DNA of 64,000 bases from Octopus sinensis. Taxonomy: Eukaryota. A program made the position numbers and the translations under genes. The stretch lies in the NCBI RefSeq assembly GCF_006345805.1, contig NC_043001.1, forward strand, positions 21,142,001 through 21,206,000. The letters run 5' to 3'. Positions within the stretch are counted from its first letter, which is position 1. Each line of letters starts with the position of its first letter. Below are positions 11,248-26,200 of this stretch, one piece after another. The notes under the pieces were generated by a model. That model saw nothing but the letters and a program-made list of their open reading frames with translations. It was not told the DNA's origin and ran no database searches.

Positions 11248-14200
11248 ATGGGAATTCAAGGCCTTGCTAAACTTCTCGGCGATAATGCTCCTTCTTCGTT
11301 AAAAGATAATGAAATTAAAAACTATTTTGGTGAGTATCAATTATTTATTCTCAGTTTTGGCAGCTTTAAATACTCACAACACAATATTATTGGAAATTGC
11401 CATCAAAGCATTAATTTGTCCCACTTAGTCGATTTAATTATAATGACCGAGAATGGCAAGTTATGGACATTCAGGTTTTATTCAAATAGCCAAGTTGGCT
11501 AATTCTATGTAAAAGTTCTTGTTGGAAAAAATAATTTCTCTAATATACAGGCAACAAAATAATTAAAAGACAGTTGGGTGAGATTCGAAAGTCGCACTTA
11601 GTTGTAAACCAAAGATACGAACAAAGAAAATTATTTTTGGTTACACGTTGCTTTTAGTCAGTGTTTTGGTACAAAGATTGTTTTAGTATGTATTAAGTAT
11701 GAAAGAATGGATGTTGTTTTATGCCAGTGAACTGTCTCCCTCAAAATACCAGCTTTCGTGTTGTGCACCAAGTTAGGTTTCAGATGTACATTGCAAAACT
11801 TTGCCCATAATGTTATGGTCTGCTGCCTGTTTTATTTCTATAGGCAGGAAACCCATCAGACTTAATAATAATAATGAAATTATTGTATACAGTGCTCATG
11901 TGCACCACAACTTGTCAAAAGTGCATATAAAGCATATGCAGTAATGTACAAATGTCTGGAAAGTGAACAGTGTAGGAGTCAGATACATGCTTGCGTGTGT
12001 ATGGAGGGGAGAAAATCAGGTGTAGTGTTGGCGAATCTCAGGAAGCATGGAAGTTTTGAAGGATGCAGTGCTCCGGCAACTAACAACTGATGCTGGCAGT
12101 TTGTTCCACTTCTTTCTGTCGAGCAGAAACCAAGAAAAAAGTCACTATGTGATCGCCCAATTTCCTACAAGTTGGCAGTAAAATCTTTCAAATCAATTTA
12201 TTACTTTATAAGAAATACACTTTGGCTGATGTAGTCCTAGACATACTACGACACTTTCTAAATAATTTTAATCATAGATCCGTTCGACTAAGGTTGATCT
12301 TGGTCTAAACCTCTAAACCATAATAAGCTTCGAGCTAAGCTAGAAAATCAATGATTTCAAATGTTACTCTTCCAAAACATTCGGAGCTCATAATGGATAT
12401 AAACATTAATAGTTTTTGATGATTATATAGCCTAAACTAGCGCCAGCGATTTTGGATTGAATTTGTTGAGTGTCAATTCTCAGTGAGCATTTAGTTTGCA
12501 TCTGTATTATTTCTAATAGCTTTATATTATTTAATGAGAGAAAACTTGGCGCTCATACATTTTTGTACTATTTTCTTCATCTCCCGCCACAACCCGTCTC
12601 TTCGCCAGAAACCCGGAGGAGAGCTCAGCAGAACGGTAGCCCACATACGCAACTTATACACACACACACATCCACATTGTCAAACAATACCCTATAAATA
12701 GCAGCCTTTGTTTATCCGACTTTATCGTTACTTTTTTTCATCTTCTAAAAAGAGTTATTCATTGGGATGTAACACGTGTGTATACAAAGCATGTATAATA
12801 CAAAGCCACATGAAAATACAAATCCAAAATCGAAGAAAACACAAACATGAGCGAAGAAAGAAAGAAAAAACTTTATCGTTAAAATTATAAATTTTCATCA
12901 TTCTTCAACGTATCATTTATTGCTATCGGCATAGTTTCGGTTGTAGTAGCACAGATTTCCGCGGCATAGTTTCGGTTGACACTTTCGTGCAACAGGTTGC
13001 CTATAGTAGCTATATTACTCGTTAAAATTATAAATTTTATGACAAATTTTGTCTTTAGAATTAATCAAAACTTGAGAAATTTATAATTTTAAGGGGCAGG
13101 GCAGGTGTAGATGTCATCTGCAACATACTGGCTGCAGTATATGTTAAATGAGTGTGTCTGCTAAGCTCGCCTTGGCTTCAGGTGAAAAGGTGGATTTTCG
13201 CGGGAGATAATGGGTGGGAAATAAACCGAAAGTGTACACGGGCCCACTTTTGCGCATCAAGGAATCAGATACGCTTTAGGAAGTTAATGAAGCTTCTACG
13301 AGGTCGCTCGACTCAGAAATATCAACCAAACTTTTAAAATGGAAGGAGATCTATATCTAAATTAATGTGATCCTCTTAAATAAAGATGTGAAGCTAACGG
13401 CTTAAACTCCTTTGATCGTAGATCTGCTCCATCTGGGCTAATCCGGAGCAAACGACGATGACGTCAGACATATGCTACCCTATCATTAAAAAACAAACAA
13501 AAAAATGATACATTGAAAAATGGAACGTTAGATACTCTTTACTCTCTTTTACTCTTTTCAGTCATTTGACTGCGGCCATGCTGGAGCACCGCCTTTAATC
13601 GAGCAACTCGACCCCGGGAATGATTTTTTTATAAGCCCAGTACTTATTCTATCCATCTCTTTGCCGAACCGCTAAGTAACGAGGACATAAACACACCAGC
13701 ATCGGTTGTCAAGCAATGCTAGGGAGACAAGCACACACACGCATATATATATATTATATACGACGGGCTTCTTTCAGTTTCCGTCTACCAAATCCACTCA
13801 CAAGGCTTACCACACAGCCACTCCTGCGCCTACTGTTCATGGAATTTAAAGCAAAAGCGGTGGTCAGAGTTGGAACTCCTTTGATCATACTAGTGCTGAC
13901 AAGAGTTAAATAATAAACATCACACACAACTAAAGATGAAACCTAGTTAATATTTGTATCTGTAGGGCAGAAAGCTGGCAGAATTGTTAGCATAGGCAAA
14001 ATGCTTAGCGGTATTTCGTCTGCCGTTACGTTCTGAGTTCAAATTCTTCTGAGGTCGACTTTGCCTTTCATCCTCTCGGGGGTCGATAAATTAAGTACCA
14101 GTTACGCACTGGGATTGATGTAATCGACTTAATCCCTTTCTCCTTGTTTGTTCCCTCTATGTTTAGCCCCTTGTGGGCAATAAAGCTGAATTTTTGCCAA

Positions 14201-17200
14201 AGTTGAGTTTGTCTTTCATCCTTTTGGGGTTGATAAAATATGTACCAGTTGAATACTGAGGTCAGTGTAATTGACTGACCTGCCTCCCTCGAAAATACTG
14301 GCCTTGTGCTAAAATTTGAAACCAATATATGTATCCAATATAAGCTACAAAATAAACAGTGAAATACTATAGAAAGTAATTAACAGTCGTAACAACCACA
14401 CCACACTATGTCGCAATGATAACATCAAGCTTGCTTGATTTATAGAAAAGGAGTAAGTAGGAATTCCATATGGTGTACTAAGAACAAACTATGGACAAGA
14501 GGTGCAGAGGAATCACAAGCAGGTTAACAAGGAAAGCAGATTTTGTATGTGGCAAATATGCAGGAACAATAAACTCTTAGAGCACAAAGAAAACAGATTC
14601 TCTTACATGCTTGATAACATACCTAGTTGTTGATATAGATCTCCTTCCATTTTATAAGTTTGGTTGATATTTCTGAGTCGAGCAACCTCATAGAAGCTTC
14701 ATTAACTTCCTAAAGCATATCTGATTCCTTGAATCGCAAAAGTGGGCCCCGTGTACACTTTCGCATCATTTTCCCACTCATTATCTCCCGCGAAAATCCA
14801 CCTTTTCACCTTTATTATCTAGGTTCCCAAATTAACAGTGGAGGAGAATGTTCTGAAAAAGATTGTAACCAGAATAAGAAGAACAGGCTGGAGAAAGTTC
14901 AGGGTACTATTACTGCTTTGTGGTAAAATGTGGTTCCCCGCCCCCACACTGCAAGAGAGGCAGACTGTATGGTATTTGTGTATGAACTGCAGTTCTGCAT
15001 AGTAGTGAAATCTGGGCACTGAATGCAAAGGCAGAAGTCCTGTGAAGACTAGCAAGAAATCAAGCTAGCAAGCACACTCTGCTGGATGTGAATGTCAGCA
15101 ATTCATGAATAATAGGCAACAAATTTGTTAAGGAAAAAAATTGGGCATAAGAGAAATAAGATGCAATGTGCAAGAGAGATGTCTGTATTGGTACAAATAT
15201 GTTATGTGTATGGATGAAGACAGCTGTATAAAGAAGTGTGATTGTTGTGACCCCCTTTGGTCAGACACTGACCATGGGCTTGCACCTAGAGAATTACCCT
15301 ATGAGGCACAAGTCTGGGCAAGGTTGTTTTATGGAAGACCAGCAGTTGCCCATGCATACCGCCCTCCCCTCTCCACACCACTGGTGTTATCCAATGGAAA
15401 GGCAAGGGCCGATACAGCTTGGCACCTGTGACGTCGCAACTCATTTTTACAGCAGAGTGAACTGGAGCAACATAAAATAAAGTGTCTTGCTCAAGAACAC
15501 AACATGCGGCCCGGTTCGGGATTTGAGCTCACAACCTCACGATTGTAAGCTCGACGCCCCAACCACTGAGCCACGCGCCTTCACTGTGTAAAGAAGTACC
15601 AACTGATTATAGTGCCTAGTACTTGGGGAAGAGAGAGACTCAAGATGTGGAACAAAGCTGCGAAGACTGATCCCAGATTATTGAGCCTCATGGAAACATT
15701 GGAGCAAAATGGCATCCACTGATCTATTGGTGCCTGTTGAACTGATTGACTTAAGCCAGCATGGGAAGCATAGTTGAGGTTGGTGATGATGAAATCTTGT
15801 TCAACAATAAACACTTGGGAAATCTGCTGGAGCATTCTTCATTTTTCATATTTTCCTGTTTTTAAAACTGATTTGTTAGTCATGAAGAATAGCAAAATAA
15901 TATTAATAATATGCCCTGATGCAGTACCAGACAGTGGCTCTCATGGCTTCTGATCTTAACCGATTGGAAATTTTATCATGTACATTGTTTTGTCTTGGTA
16001 TAAAAGATGGGCTACAGCAAATATTCTGCTCAATACCATAGATTTGCTTGTCAGTTGTTTGACCTTAACCAGTTGAGCATGTCCCTTAGTGGCTGACGAT
16101 ATGTGCATTTCTGATCACGAGCAGACGTAGTGGGGGAGCATCATAGCCATGTGTTGAGAGGGATTCTTTGGGGTTTGAATAATTCACCTCTGGAAACATG
16201 GGTGGTTCTTTCAACATCCTTAAACAACCCTTATTCAGAGACCTTTTGAGCGGAATGGGTTACTTGACCAGAAGAAAATTCTAACTGGGCCCCGCCTGCA
16301 AGGTCATGCGCTGTTTACCTTGATATGAGATCACTATGTCGCACACATATGGTTGTGATGCATGTGCCTGGTGTACCCTTATCAGACAGGTAGTCATGAT
16401 GGGTATATTGGGCTTCGTATATTTTACCTCAGTGCCACGTTGATGGTATGCACTGCTCTCTCACTCAATAATAATAACTAAATGATCTTGAGTTGAACTT
16501 GTTTCATCTATTTCTCAGTTTTCAGTATAGCAGGATGTAAGTTATTGGAATAAGTTAAAGTTTGAACTGTCTGTACAATAAGATACAGGCATATTCACTA
16601 CCCACAAGATATTTCATGTCAATTGGCATGGTTATCAAGATGCTGTTTCTCGTTTTTGTTACAAACAAGTGTGGAAACCATTCATCTCCATAGAACTAAC
16701 ATACCTCTCACAAAGTTATATATTTGGCAGAGCAAGTAAGATCTGTTGTCATGAGTTCAAATCTAATGCTGACTGTCTCTTGTGTTTCTGGGTAGAGATG
16801 AGTAAAATAATCAAGCAGTCTTAGACTATTCTTACATTAAGAAACAGAACAGTTTAATAATGGAAGACAAGGTTTACAATATCGGAAGAATATCGTCTCC
16901 TTCCATCATCTTTTTGTTCAGCATGTAGTTCAGGCTTTCGGCAGGCGAAGAGAGAAAACTTCAAGTACAAACGCTATTTACAGGAAAGGTGAAGTGTGCT
17001 GCTCTCAGCTACCATCTTAAGCTCTGATAGTGCGGGTGCAAATTGCCTCCAGCCAGTAGTGTGTTCAGCAAGCACTGCTGTGTAGTGGCGCCAAAGAAGA
17101 GGGAGATTTGAAGAGGGTTTTCCCCTTATATAGTTTTCTATCGCGAGCCTTGTTGTGATCTCGCACATGGCAAATGGATGCAGGTGTGGTCTTGCTCCTC

Positions 17201-20200
17201 CAGTCTCAGAGATGGCAATGGCTGCCGCAAGATCTCATCTAATATGGCGCTGACTGCTTGTGCCGCTACAACAGCAATGCCATAAACGTTTGATCATCTT
17301 ATCATCCTTATTATGGTATAGAAAAATGAGTGTCAAAAAGTACAAAAATCTTCAATTCACAACTATTCTGTCTGTCTGAATAAACACAAAGTGTTTTTCT
17401 TGCTGTCCAAAAAATCTCACTAACAACTGAAAAAATAAAATATGTGGCTTAGTCAGATAAGAAAGGGTGGTGCATATGAATGACTTTTGGGTTTACTGCA
17501 ATAGGAAGCAACAGATTGAGTTATGACAAGGCCTGGTACTTGGTCTGGCTACTTACAACAAAATAAACTCTTCTAAAAGCACTCAGTGGATAGGTGGTAT
17601 TATTAAAAAATTAAGTTAGATGAAGGCTAGTATAATGTAAACAATTTTATTTCTTCACCTGTCTGCATATATTTGCAAATGACTTTTTTTGTCTCTCTTT
17701 TCAGGTCGTAAAATAGCTATAGATGCTTCAATGAGTATATATCAGTTTTTGATAGCCGTGCGACAAGATGGCTCTAATTTAACAAATGAAAGTGGAGAAA
17801 CTACCAGGTATTTTATCATCTTTTGTTTTGCCGAAACAAATGTAGAGCATTGCTGGCTAGACTTTATTTTAATCTAACACTGTTTCAAGTGCATACCTTC
17901 TGATCTCTCTGCAGATTCATGATGCAGCTGCTCTCTACTCCTCTTGTACTGCTGCTTAACACATCCTTCCTCAGCCTCTTCTGTCTCTCACTCGACCCTA
18001 ACCCTAACACTACATTCACCTATAGCCCTATCTCTAACCATCTCTCACTCTCCTTTGTACTCACCTTCTCATCTCATACCTTGAAAGTTCATTCTGGCAC
18101 CTCATCATCACTAGGTTTATATTCTTTCCATCTACTCCCATCCACCCTTACATAATGCAGGACAGCCATACATCTCCTCTTTAACAAGGCACCTATGCTT
18201 GTCCCTCTATCATACTTTCATCATCATCGTTTAACATTCGCTTTCCATGCTAGCATGGGTTGGACGATTTTGACTGAGGGCGGGCGAACCAGATGGCTGC
18301 ACCAGGCTCCAATCTTGATCTGGCAGAGTTTCTGCAGCTGGATGCCCTTCCTAACGCCAACCACTCCGAGAGTGTAGTGGGTGCTTTTTACATGCTACCA
18401 GCACGGGGGCCAGTCAGGCGGTACTGGCAATGACCTCGCTCAAATCCTTTTACACATGCCACCGGCACAGGTGCCAGTAAGGCGACTTTGGTAACCATCA
18501 TGCTCGAATGGTGCCCTTTTACGTGCCACTGACACGGAAGCCAGTTGGCTGCTCTGGCAACGATCACACTCGGATGGTGCTCTTGGCACCCTACTAGCAT
18601 GGGCACAAGTGCCAGTAAGGCGAAGCTGGTAACGATCATGCTCAAATAGTGCCCTTTAAGTGCCAGTGGCGCGGAAGCCGGTTAGCCGCTCTGTCAATGA
18701 TCACTCTCGTATGGTGCTCTTTGCACCCTGCTAGCACGGACACCAGTCATCGAATTTGATTTTGATTGATTTCACTTGCCTCAACAGGTCTTCGCAAGCA
18801 TCCTTTCAAAACCTACCTGAAGTCATTACCTCCTCTCTCAAATGCATTCCCACTCAGTAGAGAGGACTTTTTCTTTGTCTTTTAAGTTCCTTGGTGACCT
18901 TATATGCCAATGTCATGTAAAAAAGCCCCCAGAACACAATGTAAAGTGGTTGGATTTTAAACAGAGATTAATAATGTAATCATCATTTCTAAAGAAATCT
19001 TTACATTTCATTTATATTTGATATTCTTCTGTTTTCAGTCATCTTATGGGTATTTTCTATCGAACAATTCGTATGATAGAAAATGGGATCAAGCCAGTCT
19101 ATGTTTTTGATGGGAAACCACCAGAGATGAAATCAGGGGAGGTAATATTTAAAAAAAATTTCCTTTCTTTATACTTTGAAGTTTAGTCATCAAAGTATTG
19201 GACAGTTAAACACGAACCATACTTTTCAAATCTGTCTACGATACACCATTACCATTATTAATTTAGATTAGGATCTTTTCACTTTGGCCGGCAGATTTAA
19301 AAAATAATTTCTTTGTAACTAAACACTTTTAAACTTCGTATACTGGTAGTGTGTTACATAAAACATCTTTTTCTCTTGGCTTTCTTGAGAAAATTCTGTA
19401 GTTTGTAAGATATTTGTTGTTTAATTTCTTGCATTTCGGCAATTTCAACCAATCAATGACGTCTATTGCGGTGAATACAATTTCTGCCGTAGTTTGTCAA
19501 CAAGAAATTAAACAACAAATAGCTTACAAACTATGTAACACACTACCTGTATACTAAGTTTAAAAGCGTTTAGTTACAAAGAAATTATTTTTAAAATCTG
19601 CCAGTCAAAGCGAAAAGATCCGATTGGTTCATGAGGACATTTTTGGGGGATTAGTGTTCTATTGTGACAAGGGTCACATCAGGTGGAAGGAAGGGAGAAC
19701 TCAAGTTTTGCAATTTCTTGTTCTTCTTTAGCACTAGGTTGACTTTGATTGAACAGACCTATGATCAGAAATATTCCATCTGTGGCCATCACTTTTTTAA
19801 GGATATCTAAGATTACAATTTTGCATTTGTTTTCTCTCTACCACCTCACAGTGTCTGATTGTCTTTTTGTTATCCCTTAACACATACTCTTTGTTCTTCT
19901 GTGGTGTTTCCTCCACTGTACACACAGTTTTTAGATGACCAACCATAAATATACAATTATAAGCAACCTTATATTTCTCATGTGTGTTATATTGAATTGA
20001 AGTTTAAACAACTTGGAAAATAAACCATGATTTGAATTAAATTAACCCTTTACTATCCATATTATTCTGCCAAAATTAATCCTTTTTTATCTACGTTGTT
20101 TTGAACTAATCATGCATTATCTTGTAGCTATGAGATTTTGATGAGGTTGCTGTTAAATTTTAAAACGATATTGTAGGGTTGGTGTGAGAGACCAGATCTG

Positions 20201-23200
20201 GCCAGTTTGAACATGAAACAGGCAGAATACTTTTGGCCAGATATAGCCGGTTTAAATGCTAAAGGGTTAAACCTTTTGGTTGGTGTTATTTAGTGGAAAG
20301 GTCTTACGGGATGAGAGAAAGAGAAACCAAGAAATCTTTCTACAATTTAATTATATTTTAAAATAATTTGTCAATAGATTACATTGATTATGGATAATGA
20401 TAGCTAATATTTCCATGATGATATTTTCTTTTTAACAATGAATACATAAAAAAAACTCTACAAAAATCTTTTTTGTTCTCATAGTTGGAGAAAAGAAAAG
20501 AAAGACGAGAAGAAGCTCAGAAAGCTCTAGAAAAAGCTGAAGAAGTTGGTAAGAATTGGTTTCGTTCTTACTAGATACCTTTTATACCTGTTGACAATGA
20601 CTTGTAATATTTCCCATTTATAATGCTGCTGAGCCTATCCAATAACCTTGTATCTACTCCACTCACCCTCTACTGTGTTTTTCTGCCTAAACTCTGCACT
20701 CTTCATGTTTTTCCAGTCCTTCTGCATTGGAATTCCCTTCTTCCCTGCCATGTAGTTTCTGCAGACATTGTTTCAGTGCCATTTAGCATGGCTGTATGCA
20801 CACAGCCATCATACAATCTGCCTTTCACTCTGAGGGAGAGACCCTTTGTTACTAACAAAGGTAGAAGTTCTCTGAACTCACCTGTCTGTTTGCCTCCAGC
20901 ACTCCAAGTACTGTTGCCAAAATAGATTGAATGTCTAGTCAGCCATGCCAAATCATCTTTGCCTAATTGTCTCATTCTGCATGCAGTGCTATCAAACTTG
21001 TAACCATGTAATTTCAAAGCAGTTCTGTGGTCATAGTATGTATGATTAAGTTCTAATTACAGTTTTTCCTTGTGAAATATTTCCTAATGCCATTCACTTT
21101 CCATTTTCTAATATAAGGCACATAAAAAGCACCATCCGAACGTTGCCAGTGCCAGTGGCACATAAAAAGCACCATCCAAACGTGGCCGTTGCCAGCGCTG
21201 CCTTGGCTGGCTTCCGTGCCGGGGGCACATTAAAAGCTCCAACCGATTGTGGCCGATGCCGGACCCCCCTGGCACCTATGCAGGTGGCACGTAAAAAGCA
21301 CCCACTACACTCGCGGAGTGGTTGGCATTAGGAAGGGCATCCAGCTGCAGAAACTCTGCCAGATCAGACTGGAGCCTGGTGCAGCCCCTGGCTTCCCAGA
21401 CCCGTGCTAGCACGGAAAATGGACGTTAAACGATGATGATGATGATGATGAATCAACTAAAATGTTCATTTTTTTTTTCAGGGGATGTGGAAAATGTCGA
21501 GAAATTTAATCGGCGCCTCGTTAAAGTCACAAAAGAACACAATGAAGAATGTAAGCAGCTGCTAGCTCTGATGGGAATACCCTATGTTGACGTAGGTTAT
21601 TGTTTGGTTGATTCTTTAAAAAATAATTTTGAGGAAATATATTCTGAGGAATTACTAATTGCTGCATTTCTTTACTTGAATGACTAAATGGAGCTTTGAT
21701 CTAGTTTATTTTATTAAAATTTTAGAAAAATTGAAACCTGTCTTTGACAGTTCCAGACTGTATTGAACTTATTTTGTGTGTTACTTTTGGCCCATTCTGT
21801 ATTATTCCTTTGATGACTGAGAACTATCCTCTCTGCTCTATGACAAGTTGTAACGAATCTTATAGTTTGGACATACTGTTCCTCTTTGACTGTCTAGATT
21901 TTTTTGTACTCCCTTGCATTCTGGTGGTACCCTATAGCTGAAGCAAGTAAAGTAGACTCAGCATCTGTAATTCCTTGCCTTGGTACAAAGTTTTGTGTCC
22001 ATACCAAATTCTAATAAATATCTGATAAACAAAGCAAGTGTTTTAATACACAAGAACTCTGAAGAACAAATATTGGATTGATCAAAAACATTCAATTCTT
22101 GACCATTCTGTCTTTTATATAAAACTATATTAGCTACTGTCCATCCTTTTTTTAGACATTAGGTGTTTGGCAGCTATTTCTAGCTGGTCAAATGATCGTG
22201 TAGAGGTTTCTTAATTGAATCAGCTCTCAGCAATTACCTTTAAAACCCAGATCCACTCCACTCTATATTGGCCAAAGGAGTTATCTCCCTTGTCCAATTT
22301 TTTTTATTTTAAAAACTTCAACATTTTTTTTTTCTAAGTGATAGCTTCATTGTAGTCCTTTCATTTCACTCTATTGCATTTGTAAGATAGTCGCAGGTAT
22401 GCTGTGTGGTTAAGAAGTTTACTGCCCTATCACATGGTTTCACGTTCAGTCCCGCTACACAGCACCTTTTGTATGGCTAGCTGCTCTTCCTGTGACCAGC
22501 TGGTGACAGGAAGGGCCAACTGGTTGCAGAAAGTCTGCCTTAATGAACTCTAACCCATGCAAGCATGGAAAAATAGACGTTAAAACAATGAGGATGTGAT
22601 ACTACTATACATTATTGCATTTGCTTGCTTTCATGCAAATTTGACTAATTACACTCGTATTTTCTACATTTAGTTGCACAAATGTAATTTTAACATCAAT
22701 AGCAAGATATAATAGTTCACACCATGATACAATTCACATAACATTAAAATTCTGTTTTGTTGCACGAGTTAGGGTTGGTAGAAATGGTGACTAAATTTGC
22801 CTTAAATTGCATCCTATCATCTTTTAACCCTTTCATTACCAAACCGGCTCTGGCTCTGAGTGCAAATATCTTGTTTTCATAAGTTTTGAATTAAAATCTT
22901 CCACCAAACCATAGTTGCAATTTATGTTCCTAACACTAGCTAAATGATAACTATGTCATTTTACTAAATTCTTAACGTGGCTGTTGCCAGCGCCGCTTCG
23001 ACTGGCCTCTGTGCCGGTGACACGTAAAAAGCACCAACCGATCGTGACCGTTGCCAGCCTCACCTGGCACCTCTGCCGGTGGTACGTAAAAAGCACCCAC
23101 TACACTCACGGAGTGGTTGGCATTAGGAATGGCATCCAGCTGTAGAAACTCTGCCAGATCAGACTGGAGCTAGGTGCAGCCTCCTGGCTTCCTAGACCCC

Positions 23201-26200
23201 AGTCAAACCGTCCAACCCATGCTAGCATGGAAAGCGGATGTTAAACGATGATGATGATATTTAACCCTTTAGCCTTTAAACCGGCCATATCCAGCCAAAA
23301 GTATTCTACCTGTTTTATGTTCAAACTGGCCAGATCTGGTCTCTCACACCAGCCCTACAATGTCGTTTTAAAAATTAACAGCTACCTCATCAAAATCTCA
23401 TAGCTCCAAGATAATGCCTGATTAATTCAAAACAATGTGGATAAAAAAGGATTAAATTTGGCAGAATAATGCAAACACTAAAGGGTTAAAGTAATTGAAA
23501 GAAACACAGAGCATCTCAAAATAAATACAGTAACGAAAGGGTTAAAAGGAACGAACACATTGGATAATGTAATGCTAAATATGCTATACATGAGAAAAGG
23601 ACAAATGATCATTGCTTGATTACAAGACTAACCTAGGGCCAAACAACAGACACTATTGCTGTTCTCTGTAATGCCATGTGTGTTTATATTTACAGGCTCC
23701 TGGTGAAGCTGAAGCCCAATGTGCTGCTTTGGTTAAATCAGGGAAAGTGTTTGCTACAGGAACAGAAGACATGGATGCCCTTACCTTCGGATCTTCAGTT
23801 TTACTGCGACATCTTACTTTCAGTGAAGCCAGGTTAGGACTATTCTTAAATCTATTGATTTGTGGCAAATTTTTGACCTGGATTTTGTAAGGTAGTCGGT
23901 GTGTTGGTGTTAGAAAGGGCGTCCAGTAGTAAAAACCATGTCAGAATAGACACTGCATCTTGGTGCAGTCAGCTCCTGTCAAACCGTCCAACCCATGCCA
24001 GCACGGAAAGCAGATATTTGCAAAACTTTTTTTTTTTTCGTTTTTTTCACCTGTGCAAATTTGGGGCATAGCTGGTTATATTATTCTCTCAACCTGGTGC
24101 CATGTAAAATTACCTGTGCTGGTACAGTGTAAAAAGCACCTGTGCTGGTAACACATACGAAGCACTTGTGCTGGTGCCATGTAAAAAGCAGCCAGCACAC
24201 TTTGTAAAGTGGTTGGTCATCCAGCCGCAGAAACCAGGCCAAGTTAGACTGGAATCTGGTTCAGCTTGCCATCTCTGGTCAAACTATCCAATTGATGTCA
24301 GTATGGAAAACTGACATTAAATAATGATAATACTGATTGAAAACTGGTAAGCTAAGGGCTGCACAAGGTTCCAATCTGATTTTACTGCTGGATGCCTTTT
24401 CTAACACCAACTACTCCAAGAGTGTAATGGGTATTTTTTTACATGCCATTGGCACAGGTACCATTGTCCTGACACTGGTATCAACCATGACTACGGCCTC
24501 ACTTGGCTTGACAGGTCAGCATAAGCATAGTATATTGCCAAGGGCCTTGGTCTCCTGTCACTGCCTCCATGAGGCCCAACGCTTGAATGGTGCTTTTTAC
24601 GTGCCACCAGCATGGGTGCCAGTCAGACAGCACTGGCATTGGCCATGACTACAATTTCACTCAGTTCAGCAGGTTTTCACAAGCACAGCATATTACCCAA
24701 TAATTGAAGGGTGCTTTTAACGGGCCAGTTATGCGACACTAGCATTGGCTACAACTACGATCTCACTCAGCTTGATGTCAGTGCCTCTATGAGGTCCAAT
24801 GCACAAATGGTGCTTTTTATATATCACAATCTCACTTGGCTTGATAGGTCTTCTCCAGCACAGCATATCTCCAAAGGTCTGTCGCTTATCATTGCCTCTG
24901 TGTGATGAGAGGAAATTTGGTTGCTATTTCTAGCAAGTTGTGCGACCATTTAGAACAGTGGTTCTCAGCTGGGATCCATATAAGATTTTCTTGTTAACAT
25001 TTATAACCAATAAGTTGCTCATACTCCTACAATATACAAAATATTTTGATTTAAAAAAATTTTTTTTTTATACAATTTCTAATGATATTTAATTATAAAA
25101 ATACTGGAGGATTTATTTTTTGATAAGCATTAAATGGCTATGGATGTCCAGGAGAGTAAAAGTAGGAATCAAAAGGTGTCCATAAGCCAAAAAAAAGAAA
25201 AAGTTGAAAACTGCTGATTTAGAGGCATCCTCATTAGCACTTAAGAGCCAAGTGTATTTGTCTTGTTACAAATGGTTTATAAGCTGACTAGCTCTATGAC
25301 CTGGCAACACCGGGTCATAGTGCTAGTGCATGCATATACAACTGCATGCGTGCGCACATACACGCGAGTACTGTCCAAATCTCCGACCAATCCCATACAG
25401 CTAGCTGGCATTTTGATTGGGTTTTGGATAGAAAATTCACAAAAAAGTCACTTCTATTGATTGTTTAATGGCTTTGCGGGGTGACTGGGGAAATGTAAAG
25501 ATGTGCACGACCACCCTGGACGGTTTTGAATGACCATAGAAAGTGCGAGCCCTCTAACTGAAAAATTATGGATTTGTATAAAGGACACACACACAGACAG
25601 ACATTTTGCCATTTATATATATAGGGATATTTAACACATGAAATAATGAGATGTAAGTCTAATTGTATGAAATAATTTTGTAAGTTTTATTTTGCTGTCT
25701 TAAATTTTGCAAATGCAAACATATGTTTACATTTTTTTTGTTTATAGAAAAATGCCCATAAAAGAAATAAATTTGACTAGAGTCTTAGATGAATTGAATT
25801 TTTCCCAGGATGAGGTAAGTTAACATTATATTGAGTTGTAAGTTCTTTTATTATTCATTGGTTCCAGTCTTTGGACTGTGACCATGCTGGGTATCATCTT
25901 CAGGGCCTTTACTTGATTATGCCAACCAAGCTTTCTCATTTTGGTTTTAAATTTTGGCACAATACCAGTAATTTCAGGGGAGGAGGTAAGTTGATTACAT
26001 TGACCTCAGTGTTCAACTGGTACTTATTTTATCAACCCCGAAAGGATGAAAGGCAAAGTCAACCTTGGCAGAACTTGAACTCAGAACATAGCGGCAGACG
26101 AAATACCTGTTTCTTTACTACCCACAAGGGGCTAAACACAGAGAGGACAATGAAGGACAGACAAACGGATTAAGTCAATTATATCGATCCCAGTGCATAA

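Noticed and set aside
16744-17273. Possible solo LTR (TGTTG...CAACA, minus-strand TATATAAG and ATTAAA)
   Set aside because: No target-site duplication at the candidate ends and no second copy, PBS or PPT; left unclassified.
17996-18007. Telomeric (CCCTAA)2
   Set aside because: Only two units in a CT-rich low-complexity tract; expected by chance.
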